NCBI GenBank assembly: GCA_963713605.1
Contig: CAVQMO010000001.1
Coordinates: 704,001 to 768,000 of the forward strand
DNA: 64,000 bases
From: an uncultured Nitrososphaerales archaeon
GTDB lineage: Archaea; Thermoproteota; Nitrososphaeria; Nitrososphaerales; Nitrososphaeraceae
Direction of reading: 5' to 3'
Positions 43,521 to 54,818 of this stretch are shown here, one piece after another (position 1 is the stretch's first letter; each line of letters begins with the position of its first letter). The notes beneath the pieces are model-generated. The model ran no database searches, was not told where the DNA came from, and saw only the letters and a program-made list of their open reading frames with translations. Position numbers and translations under genes: made by a program.

Positions 43521-44255
43521 TTATTCCCTGGCGCGGGAAGAACTACTATTAGTTATACTCACTCCAGTTATTCTTGCGTCGTCTGGGTTAGTAGGCTGGT
43601 CTGCCTGTCCAAAGGATGAAGTTGTAGGAAGGCTAGCAATCTCGTCCACAGTATCCATACCCTCGACAACTCTTCCGAACGCAGTGTATTGTCCATCCAA
43701 GAACTGAGAATCGTTGGTAACGATGAAAAATTGTGAACCCGCGCTATTGGGGTCAGATGACCTGGCCATCGAAACAATACCTCGAATATGTGGCAAGTCG
43801 TTGAACTCTTCGTCTATAGAATAACCTGGTCCCCCTGTGCCCCAATTACTTCGCTGTGATGCATTTCCCTTTGTATTAGGGTCCCCGCCTTGGATCATGA
43901 AGTTGCTAATGATTCTGTGAAAAATTGTATCATTGTAGAACCCATCCTGTGCGAGCCGCTTGAAATTCTCAACATGGTTTGGTGCCGCCTGAGGCAAAAA
44001 TTCGATCGTTATCGGGCCCTGAGCCGTCTGAATGACTGCAGTTTCCTGGGTAGAATTTGAGTTAGCTTGACTGGATGAATTCGAAGCTTGAGGTAGAGAG
44101 CCTGTTATCGTGTTATTGAAATTAGTCGCACTCCTATTATCTTGTTTTTCACTTGACATAGCTTCAGACTGATAATCTTGATTAACTTTATAAACTAATA
44201 CACCGAAAACGAGACCCGGAGTATTGGATACAAAGACTGGGTGACGCGTAAGCAA
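43521..44255 (-). CDS. cyclophilin-type peptidyl-prolyl isomerase domain (probably the C-terminus of AglB)
   Basis: AP.HVENF..LA..GFY....FHRII.NFMIQGGDP, H.RGIVSMAR, SAGSQFFI, LDGQYTAFGRV. Confidence 0.92.
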   Translation of the reverse strand: MLTRHPVFVSNTPGLVFGVLVYKVNQDYQSEAMSSEKQDNRSATNFNNTITGSLPQASNSSSQANSNSTQETAVIQTAQGPITIEFLPQAAPNHVENFKRLAQDGFYNDTIFHRIISNFMIQGGDPNTKGNASQRSNWGTGGPGYSIDEEFNDLPHIRGIVSMARSSDPNSAGSQFFIVTNDSQFLDGQYTAFGRVVEGMDTVDEIASLPTTSSFGQADQPTNPDDARITGVSITNSSSSRARE

Positions 44256-46348
44256 GGCTAAATGGTTGATCCGGTTGCTCGCTTAAGGGGTACTTCAAAT
44301 CCTGCGTGTATAGGGCTATTGTTCCGGGTTGATACACTGGCTGAATCCCTGCAAGCTGGCCGCCCTCAATCGAAGCGTAGGCCTGAGGCTCGAATGGAAT
44401 TAGCTTCGCAAGTAAGGTATCGTTCCAAAACTTAGGGGTAGGTGTAAAACCATCCTGTTCCAAGTAATCCATTTCATTGAATCCTCCAATCCGAATAAAC
44501 CATTGTTTCTTACTTTCGTCTCCTCCACTCCCAAGGGTATAAAAGGAGGTTCCGTTCGCCCCTGGAAATCTCTGTCCTACAAGATACAGTACCACATAGT
44601 CTGAATCCAATTCCTTGGCAATATCATAGCCTTCCTTCTCAGGCTCGATAAACATTTTTGCAAGCTCGGCTATACGTGTCTGGTTTATGGTGGCGTTATC
44701 AGCTAGGCTAGTTCTATTGCCCAAGGTGGTTATCCAATACCCATAATCCCACCAAGAGGCGACGACTGAATCCTTAGGGGTATTGTTAGAGATCCAATTT
44801 AATGCATCGATCCAATCAGCTACCTGCATCCTGTATCCTGTCCCCCCATTTGCAATGGATGGCGGAACATCCGCTGAAGTCACCCAATTAATGTTGGGTG
44901 GATAAAATAGAGGAACGGTCAAGAGGAAAGTAAGGACAACAGCAAATGATATTACTATTGGTTTATTATGTGAAGGCTTTGATTGAAGACGCTCGATCCT
45001 TTTCTTTTCTCTGCCTTTAGCTGCCTTTATGTTGAGCATCTGAATAGGTACCAGAAGTAGAGTACCTTTCCATAAATACTCTAGTCAGATCGTAGAGTCC
45101 CATTGATGCCAGAACTATAATGCTGATCGACGAAAAGACAAGCAGCCTTGCAAACGTCGCACTTACATATAATCCGGTCACCCCCAGTATCAAAGCAAAT
45201 ATTGTCATATCGGTTCTTTTCCTGAACGCCATCAATATGCCAAATCCAGCAAACATCATCAGTATCGAGTAGTCAATGAAGTAATCCACTATTGTAGGTG
45301 TAAAGTGTTCGGCTACCGATGCCGTTAATGGATTTTGCGCTGACAGAAATGGGTTTATGGCATTCAAATATCTGAACGAAGGGGAATAATACGCTTCAGT
45401 CAGCATTACGCCAAAGCTAATTGCGACGAATACCCCCAGAACAATTCCGGAATTCCTTATCGCATGATCGGCTGATGTAAATTTCCTCACGAAGAAGGTC
45501 GCCGCCAAGAATATGGTCCCGCCCATTAATGCAATTCCAGGCGGCCCGAATACAAAGGAAATACCAGGTCTCGGGAATATTCCCGCAGTGGCCAAAGTCA
45601 CTACGCTTATGCATATAGCAACTGTCAAAGGAATAGCCAAATCTTTTCGGAAAAATGGGATAGCTATAAAGAAAATGGAAAGGGGTATCGCAAAATATTG
45701 AATACCACCCCATGAAGCATTGGCCAAACCTAACAAAAATCCAGCCAACAATGCTTTGAGTATCGCATATCTAACTTGTCTGCCTTTTATCGCGGAAACA
45801 AAAAGGTACGTTGCTACAATACCAAGGAACAATCCCAAAGGCTCTGACTTGAACCACCCTAAATTCCCTCGCTGAATTATAGCAGGAGTAAATGCAAAGA
45901 ACAATGCGGCAAAGAGGCCTGCTGAAGTTCCCTTCAATGTTCTAACGAGGGCAAAAATTGCTATAGTGGTGAGCGACCCCATAATAACTGGAAAAATTAT
46001 GACAAAATCGAGAAGTGATGAACCAGCACCAAATATCTCATAAAGAAATGCGGCCACGATGTGTAGACCTGTTTGGGATGTTGCAGGAACGTTCCTTCCC
46101 TCTGGAAACCAAGACATTGTATCGTGCCAGTTTAGGTATGCTTGCAGACCATTATCGACAATGTATTTGGTCGCTCGATAATCAAAGTAGGGATCAAATT
46201 CATTTAAAAAGTAACCATACTTTATCGGATAAGACCTGATTATAAAGGCGGTTGAAAATGAAATAGCAAGTACTCCTATTACTAGCAAGTGTTTAAGTTG
46301 AAAGTGGAAATGACTTGTTCTTACCAGCGTTTTACTTCCATCAAGCAT
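44188..46348 (-). CDS. aglB: oligosaccharyltransferase AglB/STT3 (frameshifts near 45030 and 44236)
   Basis: EFDPYF.YR, SVAEH, many TM helices, SWWDYGYWI, DNAT motifs. Confidence 0.92.
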
Positions 46349-46767
46349 GCTAAGACAGGTTGAACTAACCTCTTTTTTACGTTACTGATACTGCCTAATT
46401 ATTTGTTGGCCAGTGAAAGGTACCCAGATGTATCTGAGTTCCGTATAGGGTAAATATAGGGTAGCGTCCAGTCAAAAATGCAACAAGCGACGATTCTAAA
46501 AAAGCCTATAATCCTAACGACATCTGAAAGGGTGAGGAAAAACTGGGATCGCTCCGAGGCTTTTGGATATGATATGTAACTAAACCAGACGAAGGTTTCT
46601 ATACGCAATCATTTCATAAGATGCGAGTGGCAGCAATGAAGATTCAGAGTTAGACTGAAGATTTTCATATTGTTAGTGTGGAGAAGGTATTTGTCTGAGC
46701 TGCCGCTCGTCAAGTAAAAGTTGGTCAAATCCTCGTGAGGTGGTCCACCAAAGAATTCAAATCCATT

Positions 46768-47881
46768 CTAGTTCTTTTTGGTAATGCTAACTATGTCTCC
46801 GTCAGCTAATCTATGGTCTAGTCCTACTTTTTGCGCGCCAAATTTTACGCTGTTGCCCCAAACTTGAGCGTATTTGAAATCGGCGGTCATAGTCCTGCGT
46901 ATCTTTGTACAGACGTCACTAATGGTACACTCACTTCTTATGATGAGAGGTTCTTCAAGGTCTGCATCTTGCCCTTTAGGCTTTAAAAAGACACGAATAA
47001 AATCTAGTTTCTCAAATATGGCATCCCTTACAGATTCTATATTCTTGTCCCCGTCTGCTGAAATATGGATAAGGTTAGTCCCTATTGTGCGACGTATATT
47101 CGCTAGTACGGTATCGTCAACCAAATCGATCTTATTCAAAACGATAATCGAAGGGACGTAGACTCTATTTCCGGCCAACAGATCAATGAGTTGATCATCA
47201 GTTAGGTTAGGTTCTCGTATTGTAAGCCTACAGTTGTGAACTCCGTAAACTCTCAAGATATCTTTAGCAAGACTTTCAGATATACGAGATTTTACCTGAA
47301 AATTTACAGATACTCCGCCTGTCTCTGATTTCTCTATCAAAACATCAGGCGGCCTCTGGTCCACCTTTATCCCTATTTCAGATAATTCTCTCTTCAGAAG
47401 ATCTATGTGCTGAGGCTGAAAGACATCAAGGATAAGTAAGACTAGATCGGCGGATCTTGCGACTGATAATACTCGCTTACCTAACCCACGACCTGAAGCC
47501 GCGCCTTCTATAATTCCTGGCATGTCAAGGATTTGAATTCTCGCGCCTTTGTATTCCATCATTCCTGGCACTACCGTAAGGGTTGTGAATTTGTATGAAC
47601 CAACTTTTGAGTTAGCATTTGTTAGCCTATTAAGCAGTGTCGATTTTCCAACGCTGGGCAGACCAATCAATACAACTGTTCCGTCCCCAGCTTTCCTCAC
47701 GCTATACCCGCCGGATCTACTTTTGGAGGAAACAGTCTTCCCGTGAATGTCGCCCTCCATTTCTTTCTTTAGCCGTGCTATCTTTGCCTTTAGTAGGCCA
47801 ATATGATGCTCAGTAGACTTTGTTTATCTGAGTCTTGTGTATTTCCTCCTGAATTGCTTTAATTTTTTCTGGGATACCCAT
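46768..47881 (-). CDS. DRG/OBG-family GTPase with TGS domain (frameshift near 47818)
   Basis: MGIPEKIKAIQEEIHKTQINK/STEHHIGLLKAKIARL; GLPSVGKS, DMPG, NKID, WG.SVKF..QKVG..H.L.DGD. Confidence 0.92.
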
Positions 47882-48210
47882 CTTGTTAATGATTAATCCT
47901 CATTAATTCTCTGTAAACGGTGAAATATGATCCTGGTAGTGACGATTCAGAAGCCCTACTGACTAATTGGCATCTGGTAAATGTCAACCAAAACGATGGA
48001 ATATTTAAACTCATAAATTCAATTATTTATAACGGAAAACTGGTAATATAAGTTTGGTATTGAGCAACCTTTGGTCTTAAAAAAACGATCAACCAATTAT
48101 TGGGTTAAGCGTCCTTAGATTACAAATTGAATTTCTAAACCAGCAACAGTAGCCACTAGTACCTGCTGTAATGCTTATATACAATCCCTTGGCGTGGAAT
48201 ATCGTCAGTT

Positions 48211-48597
48211 ATGGCCGAGGCCCCAGTATCGTCCCCTGTCAAAGAGAAAAAGAAAGGCTTTACCCAAGAGTTCGTATTCTTTCTTAAGACTTTTGGTATA
48301 ATTGGCCTCGCGATAGCGTTCATAATTGGCCAAGCGGCTTCTAAGTTAGTAACTGCTTTCGTAAACGATATTATCGACCCGATCATTGGAATTTTCCTCC
48401 CAGGTGGCAACCTATCAGGCTTATCTGTTCAGGTACCAAACCTTTATGGAGATGCTACTTCTGACTTCAGGTATGGTGATCTAATTGCAAATATAATTGA
48501 CTTTCTGGTAATAGCGTTGATAGTCTTTATCCTCTATAAGCAGCTTTCTAAACGCGGCTTCGTGGAAGATAAGACTGTGCCAGAAGAGAAGAAATAG
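48211..48597 (+). CDS. mscL: large-conductance mechanosensitive channel
   Basis: EF..FL...GIIGLAIAFIIG.A...LVTAFVNDII.PII; YGD.I..IIDFLVIA. Confidence 0.9.
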   Translation: MAEAPVSSPVKEKKKGFTQEFVFFLKTFGIIGLAIAFIIGQAASKLVTAFVNDIIDPIIGIFLPGGNLSGLSVQVPNLYGDATSDFRYGDLIANIIDFLVIALIVFILYKQLSKRGFVEDKTVPEEKK

Positions 48598-48803
48598 AGG
48601 GCAAGCTAGCCTAGGCAATCATGGAAAGACATTGGTCTTTCCCAGGGCTTATTGGTATCCAAATAAGTGTACCTGTGTCTGATTCTATTATTGTTGACCT
48701 ATGACGTTCAATTGTAACTCTTAACTGTAATCCCTCATTATGGTCATGATCCGATTTTCTATGCGATAATCTTTTACTAGCCCCAATGAAACCGATGGTA
48801 GCT

Positions 48804-49361
48804 TCATCTCCATATTTCTAGATACTTCAGAGCAGTGCACAATGCTAATGTCATAACATAGCACGCCATTACTTTCCATGGGATTGCGGGTAAACGCGGA
48901 GCAAGAAGCCTTATTTGATGGTCTTCAAGAATTTGAGAAATATAATCCCGAACTTTTGAGTTCCAAATTCTATACTCAATGCTATGTTTCTTCAATATGG
49001 ACTCCAATTCATAAATTACAGGGCATCTGACCGAAGTAAGATGCTGAATATATCTCCTTGATACTTCCACTTCACCTTTAATAGCGATTAATCCTTGTTG
49101 TTGTATATCGACTAATCTTACATGCATCTCCCAAGGCTTGGATAGTGATTTTGCAAAGCCACTACCAATTTGAGAAGTCATCTTATTTTCTAATTTAACC
49201 CTCTTGAAGCCCTCGGAAGTGAGCGTCCGTACTATGTCATCCTTTTTCATTCTAACTGCAATGTATAGTTGATCGAGCTCTATTTCCTCGTGCCTGATCA
49301 GGGCTTGAAGGCCTTTTACTACATTCATTCGGCGGGGATAGCTTGTAAGAAATTCAGACAT
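48804..49361 (-). CDS. hypothetical protein with C-terminal membrane anchor
   Basis: 185-aa ORF with PWEMHVRL motif. Confidence 0.75.
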   Translation of the reverse strand: MSEFLTSYPRRMNVVKGLQALIRHEEIELDQLYIAVRMKKDDIVRTLTSEGFKRVKLENKMTSQIGSGFAKSLSKPWEMHVRLVDIQQQGLIAIKGEVEVSRRYIQHLTSVRCPVIYELESILKKHSIEYRIWNSKVRDYISQILEDHQIRLLAPRLPAIPWKVMACYVMTLALCTALKYLEIWR

Positions 49362-49433
49362 TTGCCTTTATACCTTCGTAGTTCACGATGGAATATTAAA
49401 ACTGTGTTATTGTAATCAACCATAATCGCATAT

Positions 49434-50196
49434 TTATTTCGAAGTAAAGGATCTCCGATAGATATCTTCTAGAGGATCTATAGCTAAATCTTTCCAATTC
49501 ATTAGTCTATTATCTTCCTTCACTTCAAATCCTCTCACGACTACAACGGGTGTTGACTCGCGACTTTCACCCATAAGAGCGACTCCTATCGAAGCCAAGC
49601 CATCTCCCGCTGCCTCTCATTGTCACCCTCAAAATATTTCCAAATAAATCTTTTTTGCCTCGCTCATCGACTACTGGCTTAAAGCCTGATACTGCAATAG
49701 CAGTCCCTGAAGTGCCTAATCTTCCAGGCATTAAACGACTGTCGGAAATAACTACGTATATGGTAAGTTTACTCTTGTTCAAAAAATTCAATCTAAGTTG
49801 GTCAGCCGAATCAAAAGGCCGAGGTGGATATAACACCGCATAACCCTTGGGAATATTTGATCTATCAATCCCAGCGTTAGGACATAACATCCCATTCTTC
49901 TTGCATAATAAAAATCCAGGAATGCCTCCGTAAATATGATCGGCCTCCCTTAAAACTAACTCCGTAAGTTTCTCATCCATTTGGAATTTCTTTGCAATTA
50001 CTTTGGCCTTTTGCGATGCTCGTAATCCGTCAAGGTGAACGACCGCCCCTTCACTAATGGATACGAATTTGCTTGATATTATTACGATATCTTTTTGCTT
50101 GAACTGAAAATTTGTCTTTGATATTGTTTCATAAAGATTAAATGGAGAAACCATCGGCGGAAGTCTCAATGCGAAGACCTCAAATCTAGAGGCCAA
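49434..50196 (-). CDS. cofE: coenzyme F420-0:gamma-glutamyl ligase (frameshift near 49610)
   Basis: DIVIISSKFVSISEG, PNAGIDRSN, VISDSR..P.R.G..G.A, D.RG.KDLFG..L; alternate frame LMGE..E.TPVVVVRG. Confidence 0.88.
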
Positions 50197-50291
50197 GTTA
50201 TTAACTTTCGTGCGTCGAGTACCGATACTGGTCAATCCGCAGAAGGTTTTAATGACGATTCTAATAAGAATCCATCTCAGGTGACTTCGAA

Positions 50292-51572
50292 GTGGGAATG
50301 ACCCTAACTGAAAAGATCTTGGCAAAGGCAGCCGGAAAAGGTTCCGTCGCTCCTGGAGATGTTGTATTTGCAAAAGTGGATAAATTAATGATGCACGATG
50401 TTTCAGGTCCAGGTGTAATCAAAGTATTAGAAGAATGGGAGAAGAAAGGGACAATCTTGGAACGGATTTGGGACCCAAGTAAGGTATGGGTTACAGAGGA
50501 TCATTTTGTACCAGCGTCTGACAAAATTTCAGCAAGTAATATTATCAACCTCACTAATTGGACGAAGAAGTTCGGTGTAAAGAAACATTTCAAATATGGG
50601 CTGGGTCAATACGGAATCTGTCATACGCTCTCTCATGAGGAGGCGCTAGTACTTCCTGGTGAAGTCTACGTAGGCGGTGATTCGCATACTAATACAACTG
50701 GGGCATTAGGGGCCTTCGGAGCAGGGCTTGGTCACAGTGATATCGCATATGTACTCCGCTATGGACAGATCTGGTTCAAGGTGCCAGAAACAATTCTTTT
50801 CAAATTACACGGTCAATTGCCAGATCATGTAATGGCAAAGGATATCATTTTGCGTATAATTGGTGATATTGGAACAGAAGGTGGAAATTACAAATGCATG
50901 CAGTTTTCTGGTGAAGTTGTAGACCAGATGAATATGGAAGAACGAATTACCCTTACGAATATGACCACGGAGGCAGGTGCTAAAAATGGGATAATAGAAC
51001 CTGATTCAGTTACAGAGAGCTATATTAGGAAGAGAACGGACTCGGCACTTCAGCCTTTACTAGGGGATACAAATGCTTACTATTCGGACATACACGAATA
51101 TGAAGTTAGTCAAATGGACCCTGTCATCGCCAAACCATTCTCACCTGCCAATACCTGTGCTGTGAGAGATGTTCAGGGAATAGAGATCGACAAGGCATAT
51201 ATTGGCTCTTGTACGGGGGCAAAACTCGAGGATCTTCGAGCTGCCTCACGACTTTTCAGAGGTAATAAAGTGAAAGTTCGAACTGAAGTATTGCCGGCTG
51301 CACAATCAATCTACATTTCTGCGCTTCGGGAGGGACTTATTGACATATTTGTTGATGCTGGCTGTGTTGTTGGTCCGCCTACTTGTGGTGCTTGCTGCGG
51401 TGCGCATATGGGGGTGTTGGGTCCAAAGGAGATTTGTATCAGTACCACGAATCGGAATTTTCCTGGAAGAATGGGAGATATAGAATCACAAACATATCTG
51501 GCATCCCCATTGGTGGTAGCCGCATCGGCAATTAACGGAAAGATAACTGACCCAAGGGACATTACGATTTGA
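50292..51572 (+). CDS. leuC: 3-isopropylmalate dehydratase / homoaconitase-type large subunit
   Basis: DHFVP, GICH, GDSHT, IGSCTG, CGACCG, STTNRNFPGRMG. Confidence 0.93.
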   Translation: MGMTLTEKILAKAAGKGSVAPGDVVFAKVDKLMMHDVSGPGVIKVLEEWEKKGTILERIWDPSKVWVTEDHFVPASDKISASNIINLTNWTKKFGVKKHFKYGLGQYGICHTLSHEEALVLPGEVYVGGDSHTNTTGALGAFGAGLGHSDIAYVLRYGQIWFKVPETILFKLHGQLPDHVMAKDIILRIIGDIGTEGGNYKCMQFSGEVVDQMNMEERITLTNMTTEAGAKNGIIEPDSVTESYIRKRTDSALQPLLGDTNAYYSDIHEYEVSQMDPVIAKPFSPANTCAVRDVQGIEIDKAYIGSCTGAKLEDLRAASRLFRGNKVKVRTEVLPAAQSIYISALREGLIDIFVDAGCVVGPPTCGACCGAHMGVLGPKEICISTTNRNFPGRMGDIESQTYLASPLVVAASAINGKITDPRDITI

Positions 51573-52081
51573 ATCAACTAGAGGGTGTCGTGCATAAATA
51601 CTATCGAGATAACATCGATACGGATGTGATCATTCCTGGCCAATATCTTAAGATCCATGATCATAAAGAACTTGCAAAACACGCAATGGAAGGCATTGAT
51701 GCTGGATTTTCCAAAAAAGTTAGCGAAGGCGATTTTTTGCTTTGCGGGAGGAACTTTGGATGTGGTTCAAGCAGAGAACATGCTCCAATAGCTCTGGCCA
51801 ATTCTGGTATAAAGGCTATCATTGCACCATCGTTTGCTAGGATCTTTTACAGAAATGCAGTCGATGGGGGATATCTACTTCCGATAGAGGTAGAGGAGGA
51901 AACATGTCAACAGGTCGAAAATGGAGACAGAATTATCCTAGACACTTTGAACAGCAAACTGGTGAACGTTACAAAGAGTAGGAGAACGTATGATATTAAG
52001 CCATTTCCCAAAATAATTGCTAGAATTATCGAAGCAGGGGGCCTGATTAATCTAGACCCTCAAAAGTTGATTGATATTTAG
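51569..52081 (+). CDS. leuD: 3-isopropylmalate dehydratase small subunit
   Basis: NIDTDVIIPG, NFGCGSSREHA, SFARIFYRN; overlaps the leuC stop. Confidence 0.93.
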   Translation: MNQLEGVVHKYYRDNIDTDVIIPGQYLKIHDHKELAKHAMEGIDAGFSKKVSEGDFLLCGRNFGCGSSREHAPIALANSGIKAIIAPSFARIFYRNAVDGGYLLPIEVEEETCQQVENGDRIILDTLNSKLVNVTKSRRTYDIKPFPKIIARIIEAGGLINLDPQKLIDI

Positions 52082-52194
52082 GAGAGTCAATACTTAGAGG
52101 CGGATTGATGAAATATTATAACGGAAGTTGACACAAGATTATTCATCATCATTTCATCTAAGTACCTCTATATTTTTGCCAATTCAAGCATCCT

Positions 52195-52791
52195 TCAAGA
52201 TTCTTGTACTTTTATCCATCCTTCCTGCAGCATCTTCCCATCACTAGGGTCACCAACATTTGTAGCATATCTCCAAAGCTGAGTTCCTTCGATTGCACAT
52301 GTCGAGTCCATTATCTCGTTTAGTGCCTTAATTTCGTTGCTTAAACCCAAATTGCAGACCCTGTTCCCATTGGTTGAAACGCAATAACTGCATTTGGAGT
52401 CCAATGTAGAGACGGTGGGATCGATACTAACAAGGGGATAGGCCTTACAGGCAGCAGGTCTTTCATCATAAATAGTGCAACGAGATCCGCCATGAGGAGA
52501 TCGCTCCGATCCATCGGTGTCTAGAAACGGACAAACATTTCCAGTTCTTTCCCTTCCCATTAGCTGATACACAAGGACACTTTCAGGGCTTGCTCCGTCG
52601 TCACCCATACCCACTCCTATCCTTGGTAGAATCTTGATGCTTATCCCCAATCTCTCTGCCTGCTGTTCAATCATTTTTTTCTCCTCTGGGAGAAGAAGAA
52701 CCCCTATTTTACCAAACTCCTTCGAAGGAAAGTACTCTCTATTTATGCAACAATCCGAGCAACCTTCTACGCACTTGAATTTTTTGAGCAA
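52195..52791 (-). CDS. YkgJ-family Cys-cluster (Fe-S/Zn) protein
   Basis: FKC..GCSDCC, CPFL, C.IYDERPAACKAYP. Confidence 0.88.
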   Translation of the reverse strand: MLKKFKCVEGCSDCCINREYFPSKEFGKIGVLLLPEEKKMIEQQAERLGISIKILPRIGVGMGDDGASPESVLVYQLMGRERTGNVCPFLDTDGSERSPHGGSRCTIYDERPAACKAYPLVSIDPTVSTLDSKCSYCVSTNGNRVCNLGLSNEIKALNEIMDSTCAIEGTQLWRYATNVGDPSDGKMLQEGWIKVQES

Positions 52792-52970
52792 TCCTAATCT
52801 AATAATACAGTTCCACTGAACTCTCCTTTAAGTTATAGTTTCTTTCAACAATGGACCTATGTATTTACGACGTTCATACTTTGCGTTTGAATTTGCTTAT
52901 GGGATAGATTAAGAATTTCTAAAGGCAATAATCATATCAAGCAATGCATAATTTGAATCCTTTATGTATG

Positions 52971-53141
52971 TCAATCCCTTTCCACAGCCTCAATATGACA
53001 TTGATGACCTCTATGCTGTTTGTCTATGGTCGAAGCTTCCTCAGTTGAGATAGGAAACCTTCCTGTTTCAAGAGAATCTTTTCCAGGCTTTTCCAATATC
53101 ACTTCCTTACAATCGTCGCAAATCAGCTGTTGAAATATCAT
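52971..53141 (-). CDS. 56-aa Zn-binding microprotein
   Basis: MIFQQLICDDCKEVILE...HRGHQCHIEAVERD*; intact ORF. Confidence 0.7.
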   Translation of the reverse strand: MIFQQLICDDCKEVILEKPGKDSLETGRFPISTEEASTIDKQHRGHQCHIEAVERD

Positions 53142-53275
53142 TCCAAATGAATATGAGGGAACTAAATATAAGAATAGCTTTCTAAAGGAACAATTGTCGG
53201 AAGGAAAAGAAAAAGATTTGATATGGAATAAATAAAAAATTCATATGAACCCATCTAGTGTTATTGTGACTATCA

Positions 53276-53422
53276 ATGCATAATGTTTGTGCCTACTGTG
53301 GAAAAAATTTTGATGGAGAAGGCTGGCCACATGTTGAAGGGGACTCTAATCGAGGTGTCTCTAGAATCGAGCAGTTTTGCTCCGAAGAACATAGGTCAGC
53401 ATTCTTGAGGTCCAACCTATGA
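53276..53422 (+). CDS. 48-aa TRASH/YHS-like metal-binding microprotein
   Basis: MHNVCAYCGK...FCSEEH...FL; intact ORF. Confidence 0.65.
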   Translation: MHNVCAYCGKNFDGEGWPHVEGDSNRGVSRIEQFCSEEHRSAFLRSNL

Positions 53423-53707
53423 TTTCAGTTTACCAAAAAGGCTGTCGAAGAGGCCTTTCTTGTTCTCCTTTTTCTCAACTTTCTTGAAACACTTTGAGCA
53501 CAAGGCGCGCAAATTCCCCGGCCTGTTGTCTTTCCTTGAGCCGTTGATGTGTTCAAAGAAAGTCTGCGTACTCCCGTGGAATCTAATATTGCAACTCTGG
53601 CAGCGATGGTGAGCCTTTTCCAGAACCGTCTGTTTAATACTCATTGTCAAATGTTCGTACTTAGTTCTGTCTACGCTGTCACCCGATGCGTTTCCGAAAA
53701 AAGACAA
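53417..53707 (-). CDS. small HNH-endonuclease-like protein
   Basis: RCQSC...FEHING...DN...NLRALCSKCF. Confidence 0.8.
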   Translation of the reverse strand: MSFFGNASGDSVDRTKYEHLTMSIKQTVLEKAHHRCQSCNIRFHGSTQTFFEHINGSRKDNRPGNLRALCSKCFKKVEKKENKKGLFDSLFGKLKS

Positions 53708-53755
53708 TCCTTTACTTATAATAGAAAATGCCCAAATTAACCTTTCTAGGATGAA

Positions 53756-54401
53756 TTATTTTTGTGCCCTGATAAAGTACGAAGATTTAGATTTTTTCGA
53801 CATGAGGTCAGCAGTCATAAGCGGTTGCGGAAAACTGCCTCTTTCTCTAAAGAGGCTCATGACCAGATTTATGGAAGTTTCCAAACTTATTTTATGTCCA
53901 GCACTGACGTAAATGTAATTGTGTCCTTCTCTGGTTATTTTTTTCCCAAAAATATCATCGTCAATGTACACAAAGTCTATCCCCTTTTTCTATTCCACAC
54001 ACTAGTCGTTTGGCTATTCCGATTGTAGGCTTGTCCACCAAAAGCCCAATAAATGACGCAAGACCCATTCGCCGAGGATGAAGAACGCCGTGGCCGTTTA
54101 CAATTAACAAATCAAAGGAGGATTCTAGTTTCTTGAGAGTCATAAAAATTGGACTTGCTTCTCTTAACATGAAAAATCCTGAAATATAAGGAAATGTAAT
54201 GGAAGACCTAGACTCCTTTGTTTCAACAATTTTATAAGAATATCGGTCCATGTTAACAGCGGAACAGAATGCTTTATTCATATAGTAAGACACGTCCACG
54301 CCACATACATGCCTGATTAAATGATTAGGAGTGACATCAAAGGTTATGACCATTCTTGACAAAACTCTTTGTAATTCAGCTAGCATTGAAAGAATGGACA
54401 A
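53756..54401 (-). CDS. nfi: endonuclease V (frameshift near 53975)
   Basis: CGVDVSY, FPYISGFFMLRE, LIVNGHGVLHPRRMGLAS, PTIGIAK / IYVSAGHKISL, PQPL..AD. Confidence 0.9.
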
Positions 54402-54416
54402 GATATCTTACCGGTT

Positions 54417-54436
54417 TACGGTTTACATAAACCGTA
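54417..54436. repeat. perfect 9-bp inverted repeat just upstream of nfi
   Basis: TACGGTTTA-CA-TAAACCGTA. Confidence 0.55.
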
Positions 54437-54464
54437 CCGTATTTTGCAGTTCAGACGGGGAAGT

Positions 54465-54818
54465 CTAGAGAGGATTAGACATGACAAATGGTGTTACATC
54501 TCCGACGATGCAATACTTCACATTAGAACAGATGATATTTGTAAGTACGTTGTGGCATGAACTCAAATCTCCTTCACAATAGATAAGCTGATCCCCCTGT
54601 ATGCCTATTGCATTACCTGCTTTCCTTTCGTTTGAGCTTGCGGGGTATTCATTATCCTCTTCAGGCGTCGATTTTTCACTGTAATCCTGTTTGCCCTGGA
54701 TTTCTATAGCGCCTATAGCCGTTGCAAAGAAGAGAACGTACACCATAAAAGATACTGTCGATAAACTTCGATAGATCGTACATGCGCAAATAATTTGCAT
54801 TTTCATACTATTGATCAC
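54465..54818 (-). CDS. secreted hypothetical protein with Cys-rich C-terminus
   Basis: Signal-like segment; four C-terminal Cys. Confidence 0.6.
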   Translation of the reverse strand: MINSMKMQIICACTIYRSLSTVSFMVYVLFFATAIGAIEIQGKQDYSEKSTPEEDNEYPASSNERKAGNAIGIQGDQLIYCEGDLSSCHNVLTNIICSNVKYCIVGDVTPFVMSNPL

